Of a stretch of 64,000 nucleotides of DNA, positions 24,603 to 37,400 are shown in pieces. Origin of the DNA: Marsupella aquatica (Eukaryota > Plantae > Marchantiophyta); contig OZ316892.1 in assembly GCA_973895155.1 (NCBI GenBank), positions 21,639,619 to 21,703,618 of the forward strand, given 5' to 3'. The notes beneath the pieces were generated by a model. It was not told where the DNA came from. It worked only from the letters and a program-made list of their open reading frames with translations, and ran no database searches. The first letter of the stretch is position 1, and each line of letters opens with the position of its first letter. Both the position numbers and the translations under genes were made by a program.

Positions 24603-25316
24603 CTCTGGATAAAGAGTAGAAGGCGATAAGGTTTGGAATGTTCTTAGCCAATCGTAGAGGTCTGCAACGTTATCCTGCGACCGGATAGATGAGCTCCACG
24701 TCGCAAACAGACAACACGGAGCACGTTCTTTCCCGGAAGACAGAGAGGACAGCGAATCTCAAAACATGATCGGACCTGTCGAATTGGCCTTTCACATGTA
24801 AAAGATCCATCAAAGACCGTCGATCAACTTAAATATTTACTTTTCATGATGAAAAGAAACAGCAAAAAGAGCGACGACACCAATAAGAAAGAGACACATG
24901 TCACATGTTCTAAATGGTCATGATGAACAGAACCAAAATTATCTAAATGACGTCTCTAAATCTTTGCCACTTTAGGGATAAAATGGTCACTAAGATATGA
25001 AGTTACCATTATAAATATCCGTTGGGTCACAACAGCGGACAAGTCTGTATAATAGCGCCTGGCGCTATTATAGAAATTACACCTAAATCACCATTAAGTT
25101 TCATACATTTCCATAATCACGCTGGGAGATATTAAGGGCCCTTACCATAAAAATAAGCCCATAACATAATAGCGCCCGGTGCTATTATTAAATCATTTAT
25201 GAAATGTCATTTCATTCCCTAAATACAACAATGGTCGTAAATTTCTTCGCTTTTTTGACACGTAAATATGTATTATTAATGATAGCGCCAAGCGCTATCA
25301 ATGTTGTGGGTAAATA

Positions 25317-25629
25317 GGGGTATTTACAAACGACAGGAAACAGCAAACAATAACAAAAAAAACTGGTAATAGGAAAATGAGTGGTAATTTTTTTTGAATT
25401 TTTTTTTTTCAAATTTTTTTTTTTTGCTAGCGCCCGACGCTGGTAATGCTAGCGCCCAAAGCTAGCCAAAAAATGTTGTAACTTAGATTTTTTTGGAAAA
25501 TGAGACTTTTTAGAAAATATTTTGACATGATTATTTTTCCTGGTAACAGTAACTTTTTGCTGGTAACAAGAAAAATTTTCCTGGTACCAGTAAACCTGTT
25601 TCCTGTTTACTGTCACGCGTGCCATACCC
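25317..25629. mobile_element. 313-bp MITE of the same Mutator-like family, nested in the copy-1 intergenic region
   Basis: Ends GGGGTATTTACAAACGACAGGAAACAG and (reverse complement) GGGTATGGCACGCGTGACAG match the copy-2 termini. 9-bp TSD GGGTAAATA at 25308-25316 and 25630-25638. Contains two palindrome copies. Confidence 0.85.
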
Positions 25630-25938
25630 GGGTAAATATATCTCTCATCTCGTCATATTTTTGCGTTCATCTCCACCTATTGTGTGGCATGAAAAAAGAG
25701 ATTTTTGCTAGCGCTTGGCGCTACTAATATCCATTGCTGAAGATGCCGTTAAACTAACGGAAACATTTTGCTTCCAACGGTCATCCGCCGCCATTCTTTG
25801 GTCACTTTTCCGTGGCATCAACGGTAATTAAATTGGAATTCAAATTGTCATATGGTGGTTTCTTTGTTGAAGTTTCTTAGAAGCAGTGAAATAAGAAACT
25901 AAAACTATCACGACACTCTCATTTTACCATTGTGGTCA

Positions 25939-28900
25939 ATGATATTCCGCAATGCAGCATGTAATTAGAGTAAGTCGTCCGGCGATAGGTGAGGTGATTA
26001 CCGTACCTGTGACCAATCGACCAGGTACTCAATGCGTTAGTGAGAATTATCTTTCCGCAAGATTTGATGTCTGGAGGAAGGATATTGATAATTGACAGCT
26101 CATTTCCATTACAGTCAAGGAGAGAAATTTTGGGAGTTGCATATTGGTGTCGATTACTCTCTATACCTCAAAGGAAAAGATGATGTTCGTGTTAAATTAG
26201 AGAAGGTAATTGCACCGAGGGAAGTCATCGATCTCACATCTGAAGGCGAGGACTCATTCCTTGGATCTCCTTTTTTGATGAATGTTGGAAACATTAAGAG
26301 AGAAGAATCGGTTCCAGTACATCAGGGGAGCTCGTCGAAGGAACGGGTTCCTCCTTTTTTTCCATGATTGAACAAAACAATTAGTGGATCTGATACACTT
26401 CTTTTAGCTTTGCCTCTAACTGTCGTCTATAGGCAAAGCGCGTTAGATGCACTTTTGAAATCATATGGACAAAGTGAGCTTTCTCGCTTTGTTAAATCGG
26501 AGGTTTCACGCACGAGCAAGTGGAATTGCTTCCCATAAGTTATAATGGCAATGTCATATTTGAGCTTCCACCTGTTGATTGTGTTGGTTCAAAAGGAAAG
26601 CGTCTCCTTAACATGGACCGGTCAAAGGATTGCTATCTATGGACTAGAATTTTCCCCACTTCAGCCAATGTCTTACCCTAAGAAGATGTGGGAGTTTGGC
26701 AAGGTTAGTTGTAGCGGGTCACTAGAATGTCGGAACAATTCATGCGAGTTTTATATCAGAACCAATGGTAGGAATTGTTCATCTTGGGAAGGGACCCCTA
26801 AGTTAGGAGGTCAACATTGTCCAGGAAAGTTGATTGATGCAGGAGGGATTGTTTGTCGTTATTGTCTGCAGCTCCCATTTTTTCTGGACTCTTGCCCCAC
26901 AAAAATGTTCTACATGTACCCGCAAGTCATGCTTGATTCGGTGACAGTGCAACATATGTCACGCCTCGCAATCCACATGGGTGTACATGATCATCCATGT
27001 CGAAAGATTTGGTCTAGAAGTTCAGAGAAAATAGCGGTCGAGGAGATTCGAAAAGAGCACTTGAAGAATCCTTCTTCCGCGCCTTGTGTTGTGAAAAATG
27101 CAGTGACTGGATCTTTGAAGGATGCACTAGATGAATCTGTTCATGACATTTCAAAGATGGAAGAGACTGAGATTTGGCAGTCACTTATGCTTGTTTCCAC
27201 TCCACAGAAATTCTCTGCCTTGTTTAAGAGCGTCCGGAAAGATCAGGCTGGTCGTGGAGATCTTGAATATCTGGTTCGAATGCAAAAGAATGTGAGGTTT
27301 CCATTTGTTCAAAGGTATCTTCTTCCGGGGCAAGGCTGCAAGGAGGACCGTGCTCATATTTTCAAAATGACAATCAAAGGTCATGGATCCGGAGTCAATC
27401 TACTTCGACAGATGAAAAAAGGTGGGCCACTTGAAGGAGCATGGGTGAGTTTTGATGTCATGCATCGAATGTCTAAAGAATGGAGCACTTTCAGTGCCCA
27501 CGTCTATGACCACAACTATCGAGCATTATGTACGATATTTACGTGCGAGCTGAAAGCGAAGGACACTGAATCTCTTGAGAAAGTTTGGAGATTGATGATT
27601 GAGGTCGCTTTAGAAAATGGGTTACATGATGTTCAAATTCACGGATTCATGGCTGACAATGCTCATGCGGGATGGCTTGCGGTGAGAAATGTTTTCTTTG
27701 GGGGCCATCCAAATCCAGAGAAGGAGAGATCAGACGCTTTTCATTTTTACCAATCTTTGCATTGCCATTCCATCGAAGGAGTGTTGGAAGACAAACGTGC
27801 AGAGCATCGAACCCTTTGGGATAAGCTCAGAAATGCATCAACTTTTGTTGAAGCCTATAGAATCTCCAGAGAGATTGATTTATGGTGGAGATCCGGAAAT
27901 TGCGTTCCTGGAAAGCTTTGGATGCTGCAAGGATTGATCTCTTGGTGGGTTGTAAGATGGCGACAGTGGGGAAATTTTATCAGACTTGTGAGTATGACAT
28001 TGACATGGCCTTTTCATTTTTCAATATCTCATATACTTCTAAACTAGCGCCGAGTGCTCGTTCCTAGTTCGAGAACGGATGTTGATTTGTGCCATATTGA
28101 TCTTCTCAGGAAAATTATCAACATTGATTCTCAAATCAAAAGGAGTAGGGCTGGAGGCCACGCTTTGGTCTCGTGAGAGGATTACAACACCCTGTTCTTC
28201 AAGGAAACTTATCTCCAAGTTTGACAGATTTGTTCCTTTCAGTATTGGCAAGGACACTAGATAAGGAGGCAGGTTTGCTATACCTCGACGCGGGCGACTC
28301 TTCTACCAATTGCCGTTGGGGCAGAACCACACAAACTCTGCATGAGGTTCTCCTCTGAATAGGCGATGTGCTTTGACAACAACTTCGATGACACCAGCAT
28401 TGGAAGGATATCCAACCTTCTTAATCCGATTTTGACACTCATCACAATCGCATCTCCCTGACAATGTCCCGTTACACTATGGGCCGGGCCCAAGTCTTGA
28501 AATTCGACAAAGATGCCAAGAACCGGGATCAACGTCCATCTCCAAAAGCGACGTGTCAGGGACGACTGGATTTTGGTTAAAAGAGACTTCTGGTAATATT
28601 GAAGATGCTCCACCTCGACCAGAAGGAGGTGCATCCTGCATGTCACCCGGGTCTTCTTCACTCCCAGTCAAATCGATCGGTGTTTCAGGAGTTCTAAGTG
28701 GAATATGAGAAAACTGAGTAGAGCTCAGATTTCTCCGTTTCAAACCCCGTGTATTTGGTGTTGTTATCAGAATTGTGACAGATTTGGTTACAAAATCACC
28801 GTTCAATGGAGAACTCCTCTCCAAATCGAATTCCGCCGCATTAGCTAGTAGAAAATTAGAAGCCTCTTTGAACAATCGAGGGGACCCAGCCTGATCTGCA

Positions 28901-29574
28901 GAACGGAAAGCTAGTTCAAAAACCGTAGGACCTGTACCTCTATGTAACCCATCACGATAGGCAGTATAGGCGGCAATTTGGGAGATTGCTCGATTGTGGT
29001 TAGTTTTGCACCCCTCAAATAAACCTACAGTTTTCTTCCCTTGCCAAGCTTTCATGATACCATGAACTGCCTCAGATCCTGTGCAATTGGGAATCATCCC
29101 TCCTTCTTGTGCACTTTTGCTCTGTAGGACGGCGAGGGTCCGTCTCGAACTAGGAACGGACGCCCAATGAACCCCAGATCAAATCTTACTCAGGAATATC
29201 ATAGAAGGATTGAATCTGCTGCTAAGGAAATGATGACTCTCATCACAGAATTGGACGTCTCCTTAGGGAACTCTTATGGGAAACGATTCCGCATCCAAAC
29301 ACACGCTCATTTGAGGACGGCAAACACTTACTGAGTGCAGATTTGCATATTCTCATGCTGCTCTTGTGAGGATTTGTTTCGTCGGCATTCTCAAGGAAGA
29401 CCTTTCATGCCTTGTAAGCATTTGTACTGGGTTTACAAAACGGTCTTTAAGCTAGATCCATTGGATTCGATGTTACCAAGCCAACCAATTCTTACTATCA
29501 GTGAACTCCAGTACATCTTAGGAATGAAGAATAGCATGGTTTTTAGGAATTCTGACCATTCTAGTAGACGTTGA
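25939..29574 (+). pseudogene. GCM-like Zn domain / MULE-type DDE / SWIM transposase (copy 1), frameshifted, exon 2 partly inverted
   Basis: C..SLEC..NSC...CRYC...C...HMGVHDHP (GCM/WRKY-like). SFDVMH, FMADNAHAGWLAVRNVF, DAFHFYQ and NCTGSEAVHG (MULE D-D-xxH-E pattern). CSCEDLF...PCKHLYWV (SWIM). Confidence 0.8.
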
Positions 29575-29835
29575 ACGGGTATTTAGTCAATGATGTTTTG
29601 TAACGGTAACAAACGTTTGGGTAGCGCTCGGCGCTAGTAAACGTGTCTTCCGACAATTGTTGTTTTTCCCATCATATTGGACTTCATGTTGAAATTGACC
29701 TCATTGGTTTTGTAGAGAATTGTGCCGTGTTTTGTGGATGATAGTACCAATTCTCCTGTTTTGTTCCACTCTTTTTCCTGTTATGATCATTATTGTTTCC
29801 TGTTTCCTGTCATGGAGGTTGGGCCCTTCAATCGG

Positions 29836-30561
29836 AGGTCGAGATGGCGTCATGCACCGTAGTCATAACCTTGGGCTTGGGGCGAGTTGGGCCGGCCGCA
29901 CTTGGTCACCTCATGGTCAGGCCTCGCTCGCCGGGACGGGGCCAGGGCTCACTCCTCCCTAACTTGCTCGGTGGTCCCTCCTCTCCACCCTTGCTCGTCC
30001 CTCCCTCCTCCTCGCCCTTGCTCGTCACTCCTCCCTCCCTCCTCCCTTGTCAGGCCTCCCTCCAACATAGGGCCTGGCTCCATCGTTGAGGCTAGCTTGG
30101 ACCTTGCTCCTACCTAGCTTGCTTGTTGTCAGGCCCCGTCGTCAGGCTGGTTGGGGCGCATCCAGAGAGAGGGAGTCAAGAGTCGAGTGGAAAGGGAGGG
30201 GAGTTAGTCAAGTGAGGAGGACGGAAGTCAAGTGGGCGGAGTTTGTCAAGTTGCCGGCAGGACTTGGCTGTGGCGCGCTGTGATGGCTGTCCGTGCAGCA
30301 GGGCCGGCTGTGAGGCTGTGAGGCAAGGCAAACAAAGCAGAGTGACTCCATGTCGGGCTCCATGTTGCCACGGCACTGTAATTAAAGTAAGGGCCGTCCC
30401 CAGGGCCGCGGTTTCTTTCAATTGAGTTTTTTGTCTTATTTATTCCATTTTTTCTGTTTTCAGTTTTTCTCACCCTAAAAGCCCCGGGAACTTTAAAGGA
30501 CAACCATTGTAAAAACACGTGCAACCCATTATTATAGTTTTTGATTGTTTCAACTCTAGTG
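29836..30561 (-). mobile_element. Right half of the remnant hosting copy 1, ending in a possible CACTA-type terminus (CACTAGAG on the minus strand at 30561)
   Basis: Contiguous with 1912-3094 through the TSD. CTCTAGTG at 30554-30561. The other terminus is not visible. Confidence 0.35.
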
Positions 30562-30960
30562 CAGCAAAGTCTTTTTCTCCTTGAGCAGTCATGTGGATCA
30601 AGCTGCAATTGAGGAAACACTTTGCAGTTTGCAAACATACCTCTAGGGACCACAAATCAAATTTAATGAGCAGAACGTGCCCCAGCAGTAGGATGTGCAC
30701 TCCACCTGGGCCTGTCAATGGCAAGGCAGAGATTTGTAAGACGCGTCGGCAGAGCTGGCGCCCAAAGCCATTAACAACAAGGGAATGTAAACTCTATGTT
30801 AGATGCAGACATGTGGCTTGACAACTAGCATATATCTTGTTTTGCAGCACTGGTAAAACTTAATGGCAACTTGGAAACACAATGAATAGGCACTCAAGAA
30901 ATTCAAGTTATTGGGGCACTGGCTGCAAAAAATGGGGGAGCACACACATCCCAAAACATT

Positions 30961-31170
30961 TATGAATATAGCATGGACCATTATAAATCATTAGGGGCAG
31001 TTGTGGAGCATGACTTCCTGGCAGGATATTAAGGATATAGCATGGACCTCCACAAATCATTGGGGGCAAATGTGGAGCATGACTTCACTTGCAAGAGATT
31101 ATGGATATAGCAGAGGTTATGGATATAACATGGACCTCCAGAAATCATTAGCAGGGACCTCCAGAAATCA
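30961..31170. repeat. Diverged ~68-bp tandem repeat (about 2.5-3 units)
   Basis: Recurring ATATAGCATGGACC..AAATCATT.GGGGCA..TGTGGAGCATGACTTC. Confidence 0.7.
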
Positions 31171-32062
31171 TTGTGTTGTGTACCGATTTAGTTGTCAGTT
31201 GGTACATTATGCTCCTAGACATCACCGACAGACTCGAGAGCACCGATAGTAACGATCTTCGTTCTGATTGCGACTCGTATTGGATCCAGGTACCACGAAC
31301 GAAAATTTTGTGCTACAATCAGAATTTCATTCTACCGTGGGGCTCAGTGTAAGTACTCCTGGACCCCATCAACACCTCGTGAACCTCCGTCATTGCTTGT
31401 TGGAAATGTGATATTACTCTAGACAGGGGGTTTAATTCGGTGGCGGCATCTAGGCCTGTCGGGACGCTTGATTGAGAGGATTTTCTTTGCTTTCGTTCAT
31501 GCTGCCATCTCAATGTACAAAGTCAGTGTTTGTGCCGATGTGGCTCTGGCGTCAGGGTATCTGAGGAGTTTTTCCAGCTTTGGTCCCATTTCTTCTCTGC
31601 ATCTTCTTCTTCGTTTATTCTTCTGCTGCTGTTCATTCCTGGATATTGCCATCTCACATTGGTACCTGCTACATTGACAAGAACCTCTGTTTTTCTCTGG
31701 CGATTGTAGTTAGGGTATCAGACAAGTTTCGCAAGCTTCCGTTTTGTTTCTTCCGCTTCTTCTCCGTCCGTAGGCTTTGGGTGCTTGTCACTTGTACTAC
31801 AGTTGTTGTCATTTAATTGCTAGGTTCTGTCCTGGATTTTGAAGGGAGATTCCGAGTCATTTCTCTAATTCGTCTTCGTCCATTGGTTTGTTAAATTTGG
31901 TTGCTTCGCTGATTAGCTGATTAACGTTGTAGCTCTTTGACCATCGTTTTTATCCTGGGATCGCATATGGTACAGGCGAGGAAAAGAATCATCGTTCCCA
32001 GCATTTCCAGAATTTGATGATCAGACGACTGAAGTAGGCGAAGACGACCATTCCGACCATCT

Positions 32063-32716
32063 ATGGCTTCCGCGGTGGTGATATGGCTGCATGGGCTAGG
32101 CGATACCGGTCCCGCAAATGAGAGATTGCAGACTGTTTTCACCCAATCTTTCATGAAGGGCGTCAAGTGGGTGTTCCCCACAGCTCCGACTCAGCGGGTC
32201 TCGGCGAATTATGGAGCGTACTCGCCATCCTGGTTTGACATTTCGGAGCTTCCAGTAAGTGCTCAAGCCCCGGATTTCGAAGAGGGTGTGATGCAAGCCG
32301 TGAGCTCTGTTCACGCCATGATTGACAAGGAGGTGACGCAGGGTGTGAGCGCTGATAAGATCTTCCTGTGTGGGTTTAGTCAAGGCGGGGCTCTTTCTCT
32401 GGCTAGTGCAATGCTGTATCCGGAGAAGCTGGCTGGAACTGCCGTGTTGAGTTGTTGGGTCCCTCTCAATCCGGAGTTCATAACCAAAATTCCAGCGAAG
32501 GCGAAGAACACGCCGGTCTTGTGGCTGCACGGTATGAGTGACAATGTGGTGGATTTCTCAGCTGGGAAGGCTGGTCCTCCCCTCCTTGCTCACGCGGGTG
32601 TCAGTTGCGAGTTCAAGGCTTATCCTGGACTCGGCCACAGCATAATTCACGAGGAGCTGATGTACCTAGAGAAGTGGATTGGTGTTCAGCTACAAAATTC
32701 ATCATCGTCCAGCTGA
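32063..32716 (+). CDS. Alpha/beta-hydrolase: carboxylesterase / acyl-protein thioesterase-like (Abhydrolase_2, SOBER1/APT family), 217 aa, intronless CDS
   Basis: VIWLHGLGDTG, WVFPTAP, SWFDI, nucleophile GFSQGG, HGMSDNVV (Asp) and YPGLGHS (His). Confidence 0.93.
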   Translation: MASAVVIWLHGLGDTGPANERLQTVFTQSFMKGVKWVFPTAPTQRVSANYGAYSPSWFDISELPVSAQAPDFEEGVMQAVSSVHAMIDKEVTQGVSADKIFLCGFSQGGALSLASAMLYPEKLAGTAVLSCWVPLNPEFITKIPAKAKNTPVLWLHGMSDNVVDFSAGKAGPPLLAHAGVSCEFKAYPGLGHSIIHEELMYLEKWIGVQLQNSSSSS

Positions 32717-34450
32717 TGGAGAAAAAGGTCTTTGTTCCGTCTCTGGTGATATTTTTTTCTGCCGAACGTTTTTCCTGTGACCGGCAGTCCATTAATAGAT
32801 TGAACTGGATTTGTGGACAAGTATGTGATGTATTTGTTGCGGTTGTAGATCTGTACATAAATGGTCACTAGTAATCCATAGTCATTCCCTTTTTTTTTGC
32901 AATGACATTATCTCAAAAATCAAGAGTGTCTTGAACAGTGTAACCTTTCTAAGTCTCCTTCGAACTGTGAACAATATCAGGGTTTTAATCGTGTGAGGAG
33001 GGACGCTTGTTAAGTGCACTCTTAAAGCGAATTCAGTCCATAACAAAAAAATGTTTGATGACGAGATTTCACGGGACCAGCAGCATCTCCCACAAAATTC
33101 CCTTGGGCTTGGCACCTTCATGTGTTTTTGTATTTAGGTCGACTCTTCCTCTTAGCAAGTAGGCAAAGTTTCTGAAAACCGTAAGGCAGCCTGGAGTCTT
33201 TCTTGCAAGCTCCGGGAAGGCTGAACAATTTGTTTAACAATCTGAAGCTTCACAGGTGATGGACTGTTAATCAGCATGTTGGTATATCAGTGTGCCCTTT
33301 GTGATCAATAATGTTGGTGGTAAGGATCCAATCTCCAACAACACAAAAGTGGCGAGCAAGCCTCCTAACTACTAACCAGCACTGCAATTTACCGCAAAGA
33401 TCGAGCTCATTTGAAAATAAAGCTGCATGCACTTTAAAGCTTAAATGCTAAACTACGAGGCTCCTCCCCTCACCTACCGGAGCTCACTACTTGCAGCTAC
33501 TGTTGAATTCGAACCCAAAGATAAGATTCAAAATTGTAATGCAGTTGATTGTCAGTCACTTTAATCTTCGGAGGAGGTAATTGCCAAAATCACTTTGCCG
33601 CTTTTCTTCTTTTTTCTTTTTTTTTTCAAAGAGGCCAACGTACACCCGACTTGCTTAACTACGTTGGCAGGTAAATTCACTACCATCTGTTTTGAGATGT
33701 ACTAGTGCGGTTGTTAGTGCGGTTGTTTCGTAGAGTTGAAGACACAACTAAGGGTGATCGGTAGTGTCAGAGGAAGAGCTACACAACAACGGTTCAGCCC
33801 GTAAGGGATACGACGGCTAAACAATGTGATAAGATAAATTTGAGAAGTTCCACTGAATTTCTTCTTATAAATGAATCTGAAGTCACCAAAACATGGTCCC
33901 TCAAAAATTGTTCCACCTCGCAACTGTACACTCGCTACAACATATACAAAATTCTCTCTGCGTCTTTGGCCAGAATAGATGTGCAGACTGTGTCACTACG
34001 CGAACCACATTTTGGGTCCTTTCTTACGCATCTATGTCGCATAAGTCTACTTCCATGAGAAGGGCCATCGTTCTTTAAACCTACAAGTCCCACGAGGGAA
34101 GTGCATCCGATTACACAGGTCTCTAGATATCACCCTATACTTGGCCATCGTCACAACTTAGAAAAAGTTCAGTGTTCCCACAATTTTACCTCGAATCACC
34201 ATCACAGCAGAACCCGCCACCCTCGCATTGCTGGGGTGCCGTTGGATGGGAGGAAAGAATGGTGTTGAGCATAATAGGATCTTGTACATGACAAAGTATA
34301 CAAGCAACCTACACACCAAAGGCCTGGATGCCGTGTTTGCATACACAAGTAGTTAATGGCCCCAGAACATGTCAATTTGACCTTCCTAGTGACAGCTATT
34401 TATGCTCTACACGACGAAACCCAGTACCTCCTTTTGCCATCAGATTCTTT

Positions 34451-37400
34451 TCAGCGAGCGTCAGGGGGACGGAGTGGAGGATAGTTGTTGCCAATTCCAC
34501 CTGTATCAAAGAATGCATCCCTTCCCATTGGTGGGCCTTGCCTGTTGTACCAATTATTGACATAGTCTGAGTACCTGAAAACCACGCCAGAAACTACTGA
34601 GCACACATCCTCTGCATCTTCCAATGGAGCCTATCAAAGCACAGACTAGAAAACGTTTTCTTCAAAGAAGAATCAAATTTAAAGTTTGCAAGACAACACA
34701 AAATTGAAGACGGATCAAATCGGGCATTTCCAGCGACCACTTCCACCAGGGATCCATTAAGGGACACTGAAATGGATGGAATCAGAGTACAATATTTCAG
34801 ACATCGCAATTTTAGAGTTCAATTGGCAAATCCTACTGGAAATGAATTTGAAAACATACTGGTCTTCCGGAAACCCCATCCCGGCGCTCCTCCCTCTCCA
34901 GCTTGGACCGTAGCCAGGGTTTAACGAATTGTGGAAAAAAGGACCAGGGCCCTGACAGGATAGTGGCACAAGAGTTTAACTTCAAGACTTACGGAAGGAT
35001 GCCACAGGCAGCAGGTCAGATTTCAGTTAGAAAACTTGTTTTAAATCACCTGCTGATAGCCATTGTTGAACTCTCTAGAATTTCCATGCCGCTGAAGATA
35101 GTCTTCATATGTCTGCAGAAGCATGAAAAAATATCAGTGACAACCGACATCAGCATACCAAACCATACCTTTAGAGGGGAGCTTATCACCGTTAGAATAT
35201 AGATAGAACTCGTAACGGCTTGTTGATAATGTAATTTCTCCCATCTGACTACAAACTGCAATAAAAACGTACAATACTGCTGATGATATCGGCGACAACT
35301 TCAAATAGAATATATGAACCTACTTAGCACCTTTATTAATCCCTATCATGTGAAGCCCAAACATTTGATATGCAGGACAGAAATTCACCATATTCAACAG
35401 GTCCTCCTCCATTGGCACGTCTGCACTGCGGCCTCTGCTCCTGCTGCGTGTCCGATCCCTAATGATGTTTCTTTCCAAGGGTCTCCGCTCTTGCCTAGGC
35501 CTCTTCTCCCTCTCATTGTCTTGTTCCTTGTCCAAACTCCTCTCCGAAGAAGCCGGGTGGGGAGACTGAGACTTCGACCCTCTATGTTGCTCCAACGAAT
35601 ACGACGAGGCCTCGATTGAGAACCCTCCAGACATCCGACTTAGTGGGCCTGATGATAATGATTCATTATTAACTCCTTGAGGAACTCGTGACGCATAAGC
35701 AGCAGGAAAGGCTGCTCCCTCACTCCGTCTGGCACTAAATTGTTGTCTAAATTGACTCCCATCTGGCAATCCTGGTGATTCCTTTCGTCTTCGTTTCAGT
35801 GAGAAAGAGGTAAGATCTGCCGCAGTAACTTTCCTGCACACATTTCTTTCGGTGTCAGGCACGAAAGTGAGTCTACTGACTTCTTACGAAACGCAGGTCT
35901 TTCAGAAAGTTGCGAGTCTGCGCTGGAATGTTCAGACTTATTCTCACCGTTTGGGCCTCCCTTCCCTGTCTGCACCCTCGTCTATCAGAGCACAAAGCGC
36001 CTGACCAACCTCTTCAGCGAGCTCCTGAAGCAATGAAAAGATTCATCAATGTCGAATATTGCTCCATGGCCCCTAAACTGGATATTTATTTTCACAGCCC
36101 AGGTTTTGCTAACAATAAACCTTCCGAGGTCCAGTGTTTAAGTAGCCAGGCAAACGAAGATAAAGAAAACTACAGAAAGTCTCCCAAAATCTTGAGAAAT
36201 ACTTTACCTGGCAATCTCTGCTGATCTTCACAGGCTTGAAGAAGTTTAGGGGATTTTTGAGATGTACAGTCTTTTGAAATGGCAAATCATAAAGGCGCAG
36301 CCAATCAACGCTAAAAGAACCTCCCCACGGATTTGCGCCTTCATTGGCTTCGCTCCAGACATTAGCCCTTCGTCGACCTATTGGTGAAGTCATTTGTGCA
36401 TATCCTTGAAAATGGCCACTCATATTTACACTGAATACTAGGAGCACACGATCTGCAGTCTACATAAACCAACAAACGGGGCTTGAGAACAAGCCAAGTG
36501 CAGTAAAGAGTGAAACCAGTACAGTCACATATTGAAAGAGACAGCTTTAAGCACGAAGGGGATGATGAATAGACCTCAAATGCTTCATTTAGAACAGGTT
36601 CATTCATGGCTTGCGTTGCCCAAATTCCATTCTCGACCGACTTCGCTATGTTGTGATGGTTTAAGCTCTTTATGATAAAATATTTTGTCTTGTAAACTTT
36701 GCTTCCTTTCGACCCAGTGCGGACCAACGATGAACTTGAAGACTGTTTGCGTCTTTCAGTTTCATGGGCTCTCTCTTTCCCATCATGCCCTGAATAATAT
36801 ACAGAAGAGATACTATAAGTCAACGTTACAAACATCCGGTTTTAAAAAGACAGACATCCAATGGGAAGACCAAAGATGATCAAAGTGCGAAATTACGAAA
36901 GCCGAAACTAAGGAAGACATGAACTCAACCGCACAACCAACAGGCATATGAGAGGGCAGCTTATAAACTAACTCACACAGCACAAGGTATCAAACAATCA
37001 CACCTAATTAGCCACTTCAAACACGACTCTTGTGAGAGAGCATCCGGCACAAAATGTCTTAAACACACATCATTAACAAACAGCCACTAACTACCAAATA
37101 TAATGAGCTTCAGCTTACCCGGATCTCGAGTAGAATGTGAGCGATTCGGATGTTTGGAACGTAAGGTGCTTGTTCCATTTGATGTGTTCCGATTAGTCTC
37201 TCCGAAGGTCTTTGGTGAACCATCCTGCAGGATTATTATAAGGGAGATGACTGACTAACCAATTCGCGTAACGGTATTTAATCTGGCCGTTCTGTTGCCT
37301 CTTCAAACTTATCTCCGCCTACCCATGGATATTTGGACTAACATATCCAGCACTGCTTTGATAGCTGCAACTGACTAACTTTCAAGTATGATATGAAAAA

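Larger units (their letters stand above)
3096..29826 (+). mobile_element. Mutator(MULE)-like DNA transposon, copy 1 (transposase + ParB-MTase-like gene + ORF3), about 10.6 kb after removing nested insertions
   Basis: Left end (G)AGGTTTTTCTCCATGACAGGAAACAGG. Right end, reverse complement: GGGCCCAACCTCCATGACAGGAAACAGG. Flanked by TTCAATCGG at 3087-3095 and 29827-29835 (8-9-bp TSD). Internal genes are homologous to copy 2. Confidence 0.85.

Noticed and set aside
30480-30561. Helitron 3' end (CTAG|T)
   Set aside because: No convincing GC-rich hairpin just upstream. A CACTA-like terminus is equally plausible and neither is confirmed.
32096-32530. Antisense and other short ORFs over real genes and TEs (also 12711-13217, 46056-46775, 47190-47651)
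   Set aside because: Shadow frames of coding or low-complexity sequence with no motifs.
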